In this document: positions 14,870 to 27,872 of the stretch, in pieces
How the letters are laid out: each line of letters opens with the position of its first letter
Numbering within the stretch: position 1 is the stretch's first letter
Source of the DNA: Octopus vulgaris
Taxonomy: Eukaryota
Direction: 5' to 3'
DNA: 64,000 nt
Assembly: GCA_951406725.2 (NCBI GenBank)
Contig: OX597820.1
Coordinates: 81,716,001 to 81,780,000 of the forward strand
The notes under the pieces: model-generated
The model's input: the letters and a program-made list of their open reading frames with translations, nothing else
The model's database searches: none
Told to the model about the DNA's origin: nothing
Position numbers and translations under genes: made by a program

Positions 14870-15217
14870 TGTATGTATGTATGTATGTATGTACGTATGT
14901 ATGTATGTATGTATGTATGTATGTATGTATGTATGTATGTATGTATGTATGTATGTATGTATGTATAGAAATGTTGAACTGCCAGCCTTTCAGCTTGGTG
15001 ATCATATGAAAATATGTTCACCCTGTCCAATCCTTCTCTTGAAACTAAGGAATGTATTGATGTTAAAATAAAGAAGCGTTCCGAAAACGCATATTTTGCT
15101 TTGTATTGAATGAATACGTAACTAAAATACTGCAAAGTGTCCTATGAATTTGATTGGCTTCCTCTCTATTTCACGTAGGTTTCTGCTGCAATAATGTAAC
15201 GCGAAATTATATTACAA

Positions 15218-15285
<68 letters not shown>

Positions 15286-15847
15286 CTTAATCTCGGCACT
15301 TCGAAAATTGATGATATGAAAATGTACAGAAAACTAGGTTTCTCTATTTAGTTACGTCCCCTTATGTTTTGTGTTCAAATTCCTCTGAGTTCAATTTTGT
15401 CTTCCATCCATCTGAAGGATGCTAAAAATCAACACTAGGCTAGTATTGTGATATTCAATAACAACCTATTACGTTCCGAATTCAAATCCGGCCAAGGTCA
15501 ACTTTCAACGATTATTCCGGAGTCCATAGAAATATGTTCCCATCAATTGCAGTCCCCCTGCCAAAATCTGTGACCTTGAGTCATCTTAATAACACTTATC
15601 GTTGCCATTAGTCATAACAACCACTCTTTACTTTCCAGCACCCTTCCTCTGTGTCAAACATTTTTTTACTTTCTCAGCCTACTTTCTCATTCAACCAATT
15701 ACACACTCGCTCACCTTCTAATACATGCGTGTATGTGTATATATGTGCGTGCTTGTGTGTATGCACGTTTATATTTATACAAATATGTGTGTGTGTGTGC
15801 ATATATATATATATATGTGTGTGTGTGTATGTATGTATGTATGTATG

Positions 15848-15881
<34 letters not shown>

Positions 15882-16329
15882 TGTATGTATGTATGTATGT
15901 ATGTATGTATGTATGTATGTATGTATAGAGTTACTTGCAGGTATATAGTTGGGCTATATAGTGTATATATGTGAATCTGTACGTACGGCTTATGGGTTTA
16001 CTCTGGTGTGAATTGAAATTAAGCCAAAAATGAATTCAATGTTGCGTAAGCAGTTGTAGAAGAACATTAAATATTTAGAGCTGAGAGCGTGAGAGTTTGT
16101 CACAGAAACAATGTTAGACATGGCTTTGTGGTTAGAAGTTCGTTTCACATTCAAATGGTTTTTTCGTTTCGATCCCATTCAATCGTATCTTGTGCAAATG
16201 TTTGCTAACATAATGTGGCTTTGACCAATGGCTTGTCAGGGAAATTTGGAGTTGGCAGAAATTGTGCAAAGGTCCGTATGTACATAAACATACTTATATG
16301 CATACATGCGTACCTACATACATACATAT

Positions 16330-16374
<45 letters not shown>

Positions 16375-16457
16375 CACACAGATACGCACACAAACACACA
16401 CATATATGTATATATGTAAGTATTATGTATGTATGTAAGTATGTATGTATAAATATG

Positions 16458-16602
16458 TAGCTATGTGGTAAGAAGCTTGTTTCTCAACCACATGATTCGG
16501 GGTTCAGTCCTATTTTATGGCATCTTGGGCAAGTGTTATTCAGGCCGACCTAAGCCTTGTGAGTGCATTGGGTAGACGGAAACCGACAGGAAACCGCCGT
16601 AT
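16458..16602 (+). mobile_element. SINE family A, 5' half
   Basis: gctatgtggtaagaagcttg...ttgggcaagtgtt...gtagacggaaa. Confidence 0.8.
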
Positions 16603-16623
16603 ATGTGTCTATAATATGTGTGT

Positions 16624-16679
<56 letters not shown>

Positions 16680-16800
16680 CCTCTCCACCAATGCGGTGTT
16701 GAGTACGAATTCTCATCGGTCGACATTTACGTATATATGCTTGTTACAGCAACCTATCTCGTCGTATTCTGGTAACCAATGTATACATATACATACATAC

Positions 16801-18075
16801 GTACGGTGTGTTCGGGCTCATTTAGCGGCATTTTGTGTCTCCAATCTTTTTAGAAACAACTTTATGTATTGGTAAACACTCAACGCCATTGGAAGAAAGC
16901 ATGACAATTAAAGTTGTAGTTCAGAAACAATTTAACTTACATGGAAGACTGAAGCCATCTGAATATGGGGAAAGAGTTACTTGTACCATAGTGATTCGCA
17001 CCGGGTATCATGCCAACATCATGTCTGCTGCTGAATGCTCTGTGAACACTGTAAAGGCTGCAAGACGTGATATGAACAGCTGTAACGGGGACTAAAAAGC
17101 CGTGGCCAGCAAGAAGAGACTCAACAGGCGTTCTGACTGCGTCTGCATGACGGAATTCAGATAACAACGGTAGGTAATAGAGGATCTGAGCAAAGGGATC
17201 CGGGCGTTGGCGAGAGAGATGGGTGTTAGAGTCACCTCTATGAAGCTGGCCCTGAATGAGGACCTTCGCTACCACTTGTATAAGAGGCCCAAGGGAGAAA
17301 TTATGACAACCAAGGCAAAGGAAAAACGCCCTGAGGAAGGCAGAGAGGCTCCTGTACAAGTTGAGGCATTCTTCTGAGCCGGGGTTAATCTGGCTTTCCT
17401 CAGATGAAAAGAACTGCCAGGATCAGGTGTTCAACACCCAGAACAACTGGTGGCTTGCCTACAACCCATGTGACATCTCATATATTTTGCAAACCAAATT
17501 CCTCCAAGCTGTGACGGTCTTTGGGTGTGTCTCCAGTATGAGTGACGTCATGCCACCCCACATCTTAGATTTAGACGGTTATGTAAAACCGCTAGAGTCT
17601 GTGGTCAAACCGTGGCTGGAGAAGGTTGCTGCTGGAAGGCCATATGTGTGGAGGAAGGATTCGGCTTCTTACCATACCTCCGGAGAGAGTCCGAAATGGT
17701 CGCTGGAGAATTTCTACAACTTTACCAGCCCCAATTTCTGACCTCCATTGTAACTCCATGGATTAATATGTGTGGGACGCGGATAAGAAAGATACCAATC
17801 ACTCTATCTGCAACAATAAGACCGAGCTGGTCACCATGACCAATGAGGTGTTCAAATATCTTCCCAGGAACAAAGCGAGAAACTCATACGCCAGGTTCCA
17901 GGGTTAACTCGAAGCTGTGATAGAAGGTGAGGGCAGCTATGTTGAGTAAACTGTTATATCCCAGCCATAATCTAGTTGGAATTTTTTGATCTTTTAAAAT
18001 ACTTTTATTTTTGGATGGGATGTTGTATTTTCTTTTCCGTTTATGCAAACTGTCAAATTGAACCTTAATACCTTG
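16801..18075 (+). mobile_element. Degenerate Tc1/mariner-superfamily transposon, DD37D/maT-like
   Basis: Fragments SSDEKN...NTQNNWWLA, VTVFGCVSS, VVKPWLEKVAAGRPYVWRKDSASYH and CNSMD*YVW resemble maT FSDEK / N.QN / QQDSAPAH / NPLDY.VW motifs. About 1.3 kb with decayed TIRs. Confidence 0.75.
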
Positions 18076-18089
18076 TTTGCATATATAAA

Positions 18090-19380
18090 CATAAGTAGGT
18101 TTCTGCCATCTTTAGCCCAGCCTATGTCAAACACATGGAAAATTTTGTGGGGGGACATCATAGTCCACTTGAATAATTCTTTGCCTCAATTTATTAGAGA
18201 GTTGGTTTTTCGTCAGGTATTTTTTGCCCAAGTGCCGGTAAGAAAGTATTTTCTTGGATTTATTTCGAAGTATCCTTGATTAAAGCAGGACCAGTCGAAA
18301 TTAAAAGGGTGTGTATTAATATTGTTTTGTGATGTGAGCTCGAATGTTTTAGGCAGCGTATGATGCAGGGCTTAGCCTTGGTATAACTCGGACGAAGTTA
18401 ATACATGATTTCCATATTGTACAAATGATCTAATGTTTACGACGTCGTTCGAAAGAATAAAGTTTGAACTTTGTAAGGCGATCTCATTAACCAAGGCCTA
18501 TCATGCCATTTATTTTTCAATTTTTACTGTCTTTTCTTGTGATCGATCTTTGCATGTCTTAATTCCCATATTTTGTTTTGTAAAATGTGATGCAGCAGGA
18601 AGCAGTATTCAAGGTGGAACTAAGCGAAGTTGGGAAGGGGAGTATCATGGTACCAAGATCTCTAGACTGGAAAGTTCTAAGGATCCATGAGTACATTCTG
18701 CGTGCCATATCAAATTTATTGTTGAACTCCAGTTTCGGTTGTCCACAGTTACATCGAAGTCAGTGATATTACCTGACCTCACATGATGCACTCCTGAAGG
18801 AAGAGTCTATGGTTATTTAAATGTTCCCATTTCTCATTTCCAAAGAGGACTGGCTCAAAAGCTTCCTTGCTAAAACTGCATGTAATTTTGTTTATTTTCG
18901 AATCATTATAGTGTATAGATCAGATTGGTGTTCTATTCTGTCGTATACTCACTTGGAGATTTTTTGAAGCTAAGGGTAACCTACAAAGATTCTACGATGT
19001 CATTTTTATGTCAATTACGTAAATAATAGATAGAAGTGGCCTCAACACATTACTCCGATAAGGACATCCCTTATGAATTTTTGCTGGTCTTGAATAGACT
19101 CCATGTATCACAATATGTTAGATTCTGTTGGCCAGAAAAGGATTTATTCACTATGTTAAATAATATTCTCAGTAGAATTCTATGGTCCACTTTGTCGAAA
19201 GTTTAACTGAAGTAAAGATAAATGAAGCCGGTATTATCACCCTCCCCCAGAGCATTTAGAATGCCATCAAAAGCAGAAGCTGTGTTAGGCCATCTCTTCT
19301 ACTATGGAAATCATATTGGTTGGGATTTAGGAGATGATTTCTCTCCCTGAGAAAGCTGGTAATTATTTTTTTATCATACT
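18090..19380 (-). mobile_element. Highly decayed CR1/L2-type LINE RT remnant
   Basis: Minus strand near 19180-19240 reads GFIYLYFS*TFDKVDHRIL, the YLDFSKAFDKVDH motif; the rest is fragmentary. Confidence 0.6.
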
Positions 19381-19444
19381 ACCACGAAGAATACATATAT
19401 ACATATACACATATAAGTATATGAAGATATATACGTGTGTGTAT

Positions 19445-20038
19445 GTCGGCCATCAACCAGTTTTTTTTTTTAGTCCGTTCTTTGAAGACCTCCGTCCATA
19501 AACGCCTTTGACGTGCGCTTGCTCTCTTCCCCTCATCTCTTCCTGTCAGGATAGTCTTGGGTAGTAACTATTTGCTCGTTGTATTTGCAAAATATGCTGG
19601 CTTTGTTGACTTCTGGATAATAGGCTGGACTTGCCTTGTACTGTGCCATTTGTTACCATGTTTTTTCCAATTTATCCTACCCAATCTGCATAAGATCAGC
19701 ATCTCAGGGTTTCTCTTTTCTCTTCATAGCTGTGCATATTGTCCATGTTTCCGACAAGAAAGGCCAATATGACTGCAATAAATAAATAAATATATAAAAG
19801 ACAGAGATTGTTGGTAAGACAGAACAAAAAGAACCAAATATAAAGGGAAATAGAAAGAAGCTTGAACAAGAAAAAAAAAACTCAAGTATTTAGGAAAAAT
19901 ACTAAATCAGGAAGGTCGCTGTGAAGAACTTATTCAAAGAATAAATTAGGTTAAAATAACATTTATAAGAATGAAAAAGATCTTCACCTCAAAAGACACA
20001 ATACTGCACCTAAAACTGAGGTTAGTAAACTATTATGT
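19445..20038. mobile_element. RTE-type LINE 3' remnant with inverted 5' segment
   Basis: + strand 19880-20038 reads KYLGKILNQEGRCEE...MKKIFTSK...[10 protein letters not shown]. The - strand 19445-19775 carries the following SETWT/RI.W region and a probable 3' end. Confidence 0.55.
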
Positions 20039-20056
20039 ACATGTGTGCGCACATAC

Positions 20057-20057
<1 letters not shown>

Positions 20058-20114
<57 letters not shown>

Positions 20115-20193
20115 ATATCTATATATCTATATATATATATCTATATATCTATATATATCTATATATATCTATATATATATATCTATATATATA

Positions 20194-20254
<61 letters not shown>

Positions 20255-20281
20255 ATATATATCTATATATATCTATATATA

Positions 20282-20325
<44 letters not shown>

Positions 20326-20480
20326 CATACGTATATACATACATATATGTGTGTTTGTATGTAGATATATGGTATAGATATATGTATATATGTATGCATA
20401 TGCACATACGCATACCTGTATACGTATGTGTGTGCGTGTGCAAGCATGTATGTATGCATGTATATGCATAACTCACTGGA
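20058..20480. repeat. Long (TA)n/(TATC) microsatellite
   Basis: Directly visible. Confidence 0.95.
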
Positions 20481-20844
20481 ATTCACTTGCCATTAAGGAA
20501 CAAGAAAAGCTGTTGTTCTGAAGACGAGGCGGCAGCTGCGAACACGTGTTTCTGCCTCAGTATGTTGTCACACGTATAAAGGAAATATACGAAATGTCTG
20601 CCCCCACCTACGCGCACGCACTTACATTTATGCATGCATACATACATGCATGCGCATACGTATACACAGAAAAACGAGATAAGTATGCTCGAATGTATAC
20701 ATGCATACATACATGCATGCGCATACGTATACACAGACAAACGAGATATGTATGCTCGAATGTATACATACATACATATGTGTATGTGTGTGTATCTATC
20801 TATATAGATATATAGATATATAATATATGTGTGTGTGTATATAT

Positions 20845-21057
20845 ATCTTCTTTTTCTCTTTTATCTTTTACTTGTTTCAGTCATTTGACTGCGGCCATGC
20901 TGGAGCACCGCCTTTAGTCGAGCAAATCGACCCCGGGACTTATTCTTTGTAAGCCCAGTACTTATTCTATCGGTCTCTTTTGCCGAACCGCTAAGTGACG
21001 GGGACGTAAACACACCAGCATCGGTTGTCAAGCAATGCTAGGGGGACAAACACACAA

Positions 21058-21088
<31 letters not shown>

Positions 21089-21259
21089 CATATATACGAC
21101 AGGCTTCTTTCAGTTTCCGTCTACCAAATCCACTCACAAGGCATTGGTCGGCCCGGGGCTATAGCAGAAGACACTTGCCCAAGATGCCACGCAGTGGACT
21201 GAACCCGGAGCCATGTGGCTGGTTAGCAAGCTACTTACCACACAGCCACTCCTGCGCCT
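20845..21259 (-). mobile_element. SINE family A, young subfamily
   Basis: Nearly identical to the copies at 27465, 36470 and 40806. Confidence 0.95.
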
Positions 21260-21472
21260 ATATATTTTTATATATAATTAATTAATTAATTAATTAATTA
21301 TAATTATGCTGCATTTATTTCTAAATGCTGTATTTGTTTTCCGTGAGAGTTTGGCGCGCTGTTGGTTGGGGCATTTGAATTATAACGTCGGATGTAATCA
21401 ATTGAACCACACGCGTATTTATCGTTATGGTAAAATCTGGCGTGTGATTGAGTGGATTTCATCCAGATAGTC

Positions 21473-21548
21473 TTGGCTGACGAGCTACAAATGGATTATT
21501 GTAAGTAATATTACATTTAATTCATTAATAGCGAAACAATTGTCCCAA
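21473..21548 (+). ncRNA. Type I hammerhead ribozyme (PLE/retrozyme-type), canonical core
   Basis: TTGG-CTGACGA-GCTA...TAGC-GAAA-CAATTG-TC|CCAA: stem I TTGG/CCAA, stem II GCTA/TAGC, palindromic stem III ACAATTGT, GUC cleavage triplet. Confidence 0.8.
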
Positions 21549-21705
21549 AATAATCTGTATTTTTGTTATTTTTTATTTGCCCTGTCCGTGTGAGCTAACA
21601 GTCGTACTGGCTTTCATGGGAAACATGTATTTTCGTGGTTGAAACCTTTTGGATTAACTGGTGCTAGAGTGATCAATATAGTGACCACTCTCTTATATTT
21701 ATTTT

Positions 21706-21737
<32 letters not shown>

Positions 21738-21738
21738 C

Positions 21739-21783
<45 letters not shown>

Positions 21784-21829
21784 CATGTGTGTGGATATAA
21801 ATATATATACATATGTGTGTGTACAAAGT

Positions 21830-23600
21830 GCATTCCAGAAGATTTGAAACTTAGGAGAAGCAAATGCAACTGTCCTAGATTACTGTAAATTTAGTATATT
21901 ATTATTAAACATCTAATAAGATGACCTGCCAACTATGTTTTTGTAGATCGGAGGAGATGGACGTAACAGTACCTCATACACTCCCTACTAAACAGCGCTC
22001 GTTACAGTTCGAATAGTTTGAAGCTTACATTGCAAGAAAGTCTTGTGTTAAACTAGCAAAAAACTGACAGAAACTTATGAAATGATCCACACTACTTATG
22101 TAGTACATCGTATCAGCCGACCGTTTATCGCTGGCGCAATAGGTTCAAAAGCAGAGAGGAGGTGAAATATGATGAGAAGTGTGGGATGAGAGGGACGCTA
22201 GAACCTCAGAGCTGGTGCGAAAATTCTCAATTTTCTGGAAGAAGACTGTCGTGTGCCTATCATTATCAGGTCATCCCATAAGTTCTGTCCGATTTTACCT
22301 TTTTTAAAATTGAATGAAATTTAATAGTATTTTAGAGTATCTAATCGAATTAAAAATTATTTTTATGCATTTGTGTACATTTAAACTAATTAAATATTAT
22401 TTTACAGAATAATAGAATTAAAATTTCTTTGATTAAAACCCTTTCTAACATGGAAGTATCCAAAGAGCATTTAAGGCACATAATGCTTTATGTGTACAAG
22501 AAAGGAAACTCTTTAGCTGAAGCGACTCGAAACATACACTCAGTTTATGGGAAAGAATGCTAGAATGAAAGAACTTGCAGAAGATGGTCTGCAAAATTCA
22601 GAAATAGAGAGTTCAGCCTTGAAGATGAAGATCGAACAGGACGTCCAGTTGAGTTTGATGATAAGCTCCTTGAGGCATTACTTGAAGAAAATCCTGCATT
22701 ATCAGTTGAAGAATTGGCAATAAAGCTTAGTTCAAACCATACAACTGTTCATCGTCATCTTCAACAACTTGGAAAGGTTCCTAAACTTGGAAAATGGGTG
22801 CCTCATGAAGTGTCCGAAAGCAACCGCAAATCCCGAGTTGACATCTGCTCTTCTCTCCATTCTCGCGAACTCATTTCACCCTTTTTGGATAGACTTGTGA
22901 TTGATGATGAAAAATGGATCTTCTATCGAAATGTTAAACGTCGTAAACAGTGGCTTGGTAAAAGGGAAAAAGCTCAACCACAACCGAGAAGGGAAGTTCA
23001 TGGGGGAAAAGGTTCTTTTCTCTATCTGGTGGGATTGCAAAGGAGTAATTCACTTTGAATTGTTACCACCTGATGCAACAATCAATGCTCAGGTCTACTG
23101 TCAGCAATTAGAGCGTTTGAACCAAGCTTTGAAGAAATAACGACCCGCTTTAGTGAATCGTAAAGGAGTGATATTTCATCAGGACAATGCACGACTCCAC
23201 ACTGCAAAGACCACACCATAGATCAAAAAGCTTGGTTGGGAAAAATTCCTCATCCACCTTATTCTGCAGACCTTGCTCCTTCAGACTACCATTTGTTTTA
23301 TAGTTTACAGAATCATTTGGGGGACATAACTTTCGCAAGCCAGGAGGAGGTCGAAACTGATATGTCAGAGTTCTTCGCTTTGAAACCAAAATAGTTTTAC
23401 ATTGATGGGATTAAAAAGCTTGTAAATAGATGGAAGGAAGTCATAGATAATCACCGAAAGTACATTGATGATTAAATTTCAATTAAATATAACATTTTAT
23501 CTCTTGTTTTCTTTATTCAAAATTCGGACAGAACTTATTGGATGATCTAATACAATAAGCATTCAGTTTGGAGTCGGTGTGGCAACTGCATACTAAGTTA
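21830..23600 (+). mobile_element. Old mariner remnant (HTH region) split by the younger mariner
   Basis: CVKL..TETYEMI..RWRNRFK..LEEDCRVPII on the left continues as TISIQFGVGVATAY at 23551-23593. Confidence 0.6.
22266..23550 (+). mobile_element. Full-length mariner (D,D34D) transposon, transposase pseudogenised
   Basis: ~30 bp TIRs (tcaggtcatcccataagttctgtccga / tcggacagaacttattggatgatctaa), TA target duplications, 1285 bp. ORF 22450-23475 has WVPHEV, DDEKW, HQDNA and HPPYSADLAPSDY motifs, plus stops and a frameshift. Confidence 0.95.
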
Positions 23601-23604
23601 CATG

Positions 23605-24030
23605 AAAGTACTGGCGTGGCTGAGTGGTAAGTAGTTTGCTTCCCAACCAGATTGTTCGTGTTCAGTTCCATCACGTGGCACCTTCGGGAAATACCTTCTA
23701 CTATAGCTTCGAGTCGACCAATACCTTGTCAATGGATTTGATAGACTGGAACTGAAAGAAACCCGTCCGTCGAATATGTGTATGTGTGTGTGTGTGTGTG
23801 TGTCTTTGAGTCTGTTTTTATGCGTTTGTTCTCCACCACCGTTTGACAGCCAGTGTTTTTTTTTCTTATTTACGTCCTCGTTAATTAGCGGTTCGGCAAA
23901 AGTGACTGATAAAATAAGTACCAGGCTTTTAAAAATTACTGAGTTTGATTCGTTCGACCAAAAATTCTTCAAAACGATGCCCCAACATAACCGCAGACTA
24001 ATGACTGTAAAGAATAAAAGATAAAAGATA
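23605..24030 (+). mobile_element. SINE family A
   Basis: Full-length diverged copy. Confidence 0.9.
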
Positions 24031-24547
24031 GAAATTTGTTTTCTATCAATTCGGTGTTTAACCTTGGATTTCGAACTTTGGAATGTCATAAAATCTGTCT
24101 TCTATCAATTTGGTGTTCAAACTTGGGTTTCGAAACTTGGCCCCAGATGTGACACAGAAATTCTTTTAAATCTGACAAAAGTTCTGGCGAATTCCTAGCG
24201 CAAAACAATTGTCCCTCACCCGCTCTTTAGTCTAGACTTTGGTTGTTCCTTAAGATGAAGGAATGTATGTATGTACGTAGGACTGGCACTTTACGTTGAC
24301 AAACTTTAGTAGACAGGACTGTTACTACATAGATCTCATTCTGATATTTAAAACTATATATATATATATGAGATTATAAACACATAGGGTTATTACACAG
24401 GTAATATTGAATAAGTATATATTATATATTTATTCAATATTCTATACGGTTATCTGTCACTGAATATATTTGTGGAACTCCGTTAGTGTATACAGTTTAT
24501 ATAAAAACAATTATACAAGAAGACGAAATAAACAGGATTTAATTACA

Positions 24548-24905
24548 AACTACAACAATTGTTTCGGCGCAGCGATAACAACTGTGAGTTGCTGAGCTGT
24601 CAGTATCATACTATTACATAGATTATTTTATAAATAATTAAATAAATAAATATGATCCAGTAGCAGCTGCGTACCGGCACGTCATCAGGTAAGATGCTTT
24701 CAAAGCCTTCTGTATCTTGGAATAAACAGGTTTTAATTACAAAATAAGCACTGCTTTCAAAGCATCTTACCTGATGACGTGCCGGTTCACAGCTGCTGGA
24801 TCAGATTTATTTATGTAATTATTTATAAAATAATTTATGTAATAGTAGTATACTGACAACTTCGCAACTAACAGCTGCCACTACTGCACAGAAACAATTG
24901 TATAA
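24548..24905. repeat. Long imperfect inverted repeat, each arm carrying a hammerhead-like motif with extended stem II
   Basis: Arms ~24548-24706 and ~24754-24905 are reverse complements. Each reads TTAC-CTGATGA-(~120 nt)-GAAACAATTGT(T/A). Confidence 0.7.
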
Positions 24906-25343
24906 CTTTTACCTTTTACTGGTTTCAATCATTAGGTTGCGGTCATGCTGGGGAGCCGTCTTAAAGAATTTCAGTCGAATCAAACGACTTCAGTACATTG
25001 TTTTTAAGCCTTGCACTGATTCTACCGGTTTATTTTGCGGAGCCATTAGATTACGGGAACGTAAACACATCAACACCGGTTATCGAGCAGTGATGGGGGA
25101 CAAACACAGGCACCTATTACACTCACACATACGCACGCGCATATACACACACATGCGTCCACGCATGCGCGCACACACGCACACACTCACACACACAAAC
25201 ATATACGACGGGCTTCATTCAGTTTCCATCTATCAAATCACCTCACAAGAATGTGGTCGGCCAGAGGCCATGGTAGAAGACAGTTGCCAAGGTGCCTTGT
25301 AGTGGGACTGAATTCGGAACTGTATAGGTAGGAAGCAAACTTC
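24905..25343 (-). mobile_element. SINE family A
   Basis: Full-length diverged copy. Confidence 0.88.
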
Positions 25344-25360
25344 TTATCACGCTGCAACGC

Positions 25361-25407
<47 letters not shown>

Positions 25408-25556
25408 CTCACAAGACGTTTGCCAGTGACTGCCGTCGACTGGACGGGTCAGCTGATCTAGGCGAATCAAAAGAGACGTAGTCCCGTTCGTGTTTCAATT
25501 TGAATTCGTTTTTAAGAGTAACAGAAATGACTTTACAAATTGTAATTAGTACAATT

Positions 25557-25588
<32 letters not shown>

Positions 25589-25689
25589 TGTATGTATGTA
25601 TGTATGTATGTATGTATGTATATAATTGTGAGTGTGTATGTGTGAGTGTGTGTGTGTGTCTGTGTGTGTATCTGAGTATTATGTATGTA

Positions 25690-26100
25690 GTCATGGTTAC
25701 TATTCATAGTAGGAGCATATACTGAAATGTCATTCTTATAACGTCCCATTGAAAAAAAACCAACTCTCAAATGCGTTATTCAATAGCTAATATCTTGTGG
25801 TTGCTCCAGCCACACGGGGACCGCTATTCGGACAGCGAACCCAACTCCTCGCTTCTTTTTTCTGCTAATTTGATTTTACCCTCCAGATGAAAGTGAAGTC
25901 AGCATCCATTTATGAATGATGGCCTCCATTACTAAGACGACTTCCTGAAAGTGCAGCTGTATCTATATTAACCTTGCTCAATTCTCAACCTACAATTGCA
26001 GTCCTGCACTCTGGATTTAGATTTGAGAATGAATAATTACCGGTCAAAAAGTGTTTTAACATTTCATGTCGTGACATCGAATTTAATTCTGTTCATTTGA
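25690..26100 (-). mobile_element. RTE-type LINE APE endonuclease remnant
   Basis: Minus-strand motifs IDTAALS(GSR), GVGFAVR and ISVYAPT. Confidence 0.7.
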
Positions 26101-26978
26101 AAAGTAATATTCTGTTCTTTTTCTTTTATTTCCTTTACTATTATTTTGTCCTGCTATGAACAATCAGCTTGGTAGTGGAGCAGATGTTGTTCGGGTCACC
26201 TTTTCTAGATAGCTCCCAAAATTTGAGTGAGCAGTGTTCTCCCTTAAAATGGCTGCTCAGTCGCGAAAGATTTCGCCCAAGCCAAATCACACTCCTGAAA
26301 CTAGCAACGACGTTTTATAAATATTAAGTCGCTTTCGTATAGATTGGTGGCTGTATACTTCCAACTCACTAGGTCTGTATACTTCACTACCTTCCCATCG
26401 CAGCAGGAGTTTTGAAAAGAGTATCCGACTCTTTAAAGAGTAGCTGACGCGTCCTGAACATCAAGTGGATCTCTTATACACCGCACACTGTCATAATCGA
26501 GAGAACAGGTAGCGTTAGTATTGAGAAAAGAATAATTGCATTGGCCTGTATGGAAGCTGCCTAAAGAGGATCTTTATGGGAAGCTAGCGAGAGAAAAATC
26601 AACATAAACCAAAGAAGCGATTTAGGTAATCTTAAGTATGTGTCACTGTGGATATCTGGCTGAAAACCGTGCATCATGGAGTACGATTGTTAAGAATAGA
26701 TATGCTGTCTATGAGCAAAAGTGAGTGGAGCATTCTGCTCTGAAACTTTCACTTTATAAGCAAGACTCGAGGTCACATACACACACACACAGTAAAACCA
26801 CCAAGCTCCTCCATGGTTCATTATTTACATTATTTACAATTGACATATATTTGTCCTCATCTTGTTTGTTGTTAACACAACGTTTTATCAGGTGTCTTGG
26901 GGAAATTTCAAACCTGGGTTCTCATTCCTCAGGCACTTTTCGATGTTGTTATTGTTGTTGTTGTTATTATTATTATTC

Positions 26979-27051
26979 AGGTCACTGCTTGGAATCGAAC
27001 TCGGAATCTTGGAGTAAGTAGCCCGCCTCTTAACCACTACGCCATATGCCC
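26979..27051 (-). ncRNA. tRNA-like Pol III cassette inside the PLE terminal repeat (not a functional tRNA)
   Basis: Minus strand GGGCATATGGCGTAGTGGTTAAG...GAGTTCGATTCC with A box and B box at tRNA spacing; acceptor stem imperfect. Partial inverted copy at 28476-28536. Confidence 0.65.
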
Positions 27052-27464
27052 GTGGGCAATTATGGAGTGAATCTTATTTTTAGGGCTTATAAATATAATA
27101 TTCTCCTATCCTTCCTTAATACCGGTTCCCATATGGTGTTCATATGTGCACTCGGTCTGCTTAAAAAGTTGTTGTGTCCTAGCATGTGCTGCTTCTTTTA
27201 GTTTTCGTATTTTCCAGTGGTGTTCTCTGTCTATTTTAACTTCATTCCACAGGGGAATATGGTCTCCATTTTTCCATACATGATCAGCTATACCCGATTT
27301 ATCAATATCTCCCCGTGTCACAGCTTTGCGATGTTCCTCTACCCTTATTTGAGGTGTGGGGGGGCATGTTTCGCCACAGTTGCATGGGATGGAGTACAAG
27401 CAATTCTTGGTCATTTTCTCTTCTATTGGAGGTTTTACTCGACTGAGATATTTAGGAAGTGTTC

Positions 27465-27872
27465 TCTTTTTCTCTTTCTCTTTTACTTGTTTCAGTCATT
27501 TGACTGTGGCCATGCTGGAGCACCACCTTTAGTCAAGCAAATCGACCCCGGGACTTATTCTTTGTAAGCCCAGTACTTATTCTATCGATCTCTTTTGCCG
27601 AACCGCTAAGTGACGGGGACGTAAACACACCAGCATCGGTTGTCAAGCAATGCTAGGGGGACAAACACAGACACACAAACACACACACACACACATATAT
27701 ATATACATATATACGACAGGCTTCTTTCAGTTTCCGTTTACCAAATCCACTCACAAGGCATTGGTCGGCCCGGGGCTATAGCAGAAGACACTTGCCCAAG
27801 ATGCCACGCAGTGGGACTGAACCCGGAACCATGTGGTTGGTTAGCAAGCTACTTACCACACAGCCACTCCTG
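27465..27872 (-). mobile_element. SINE family A, young, inserted into the PLE ORF
   Basis: Splits the PLE between YDIRT and KYLSRVKPP. Confidence 0.95.
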
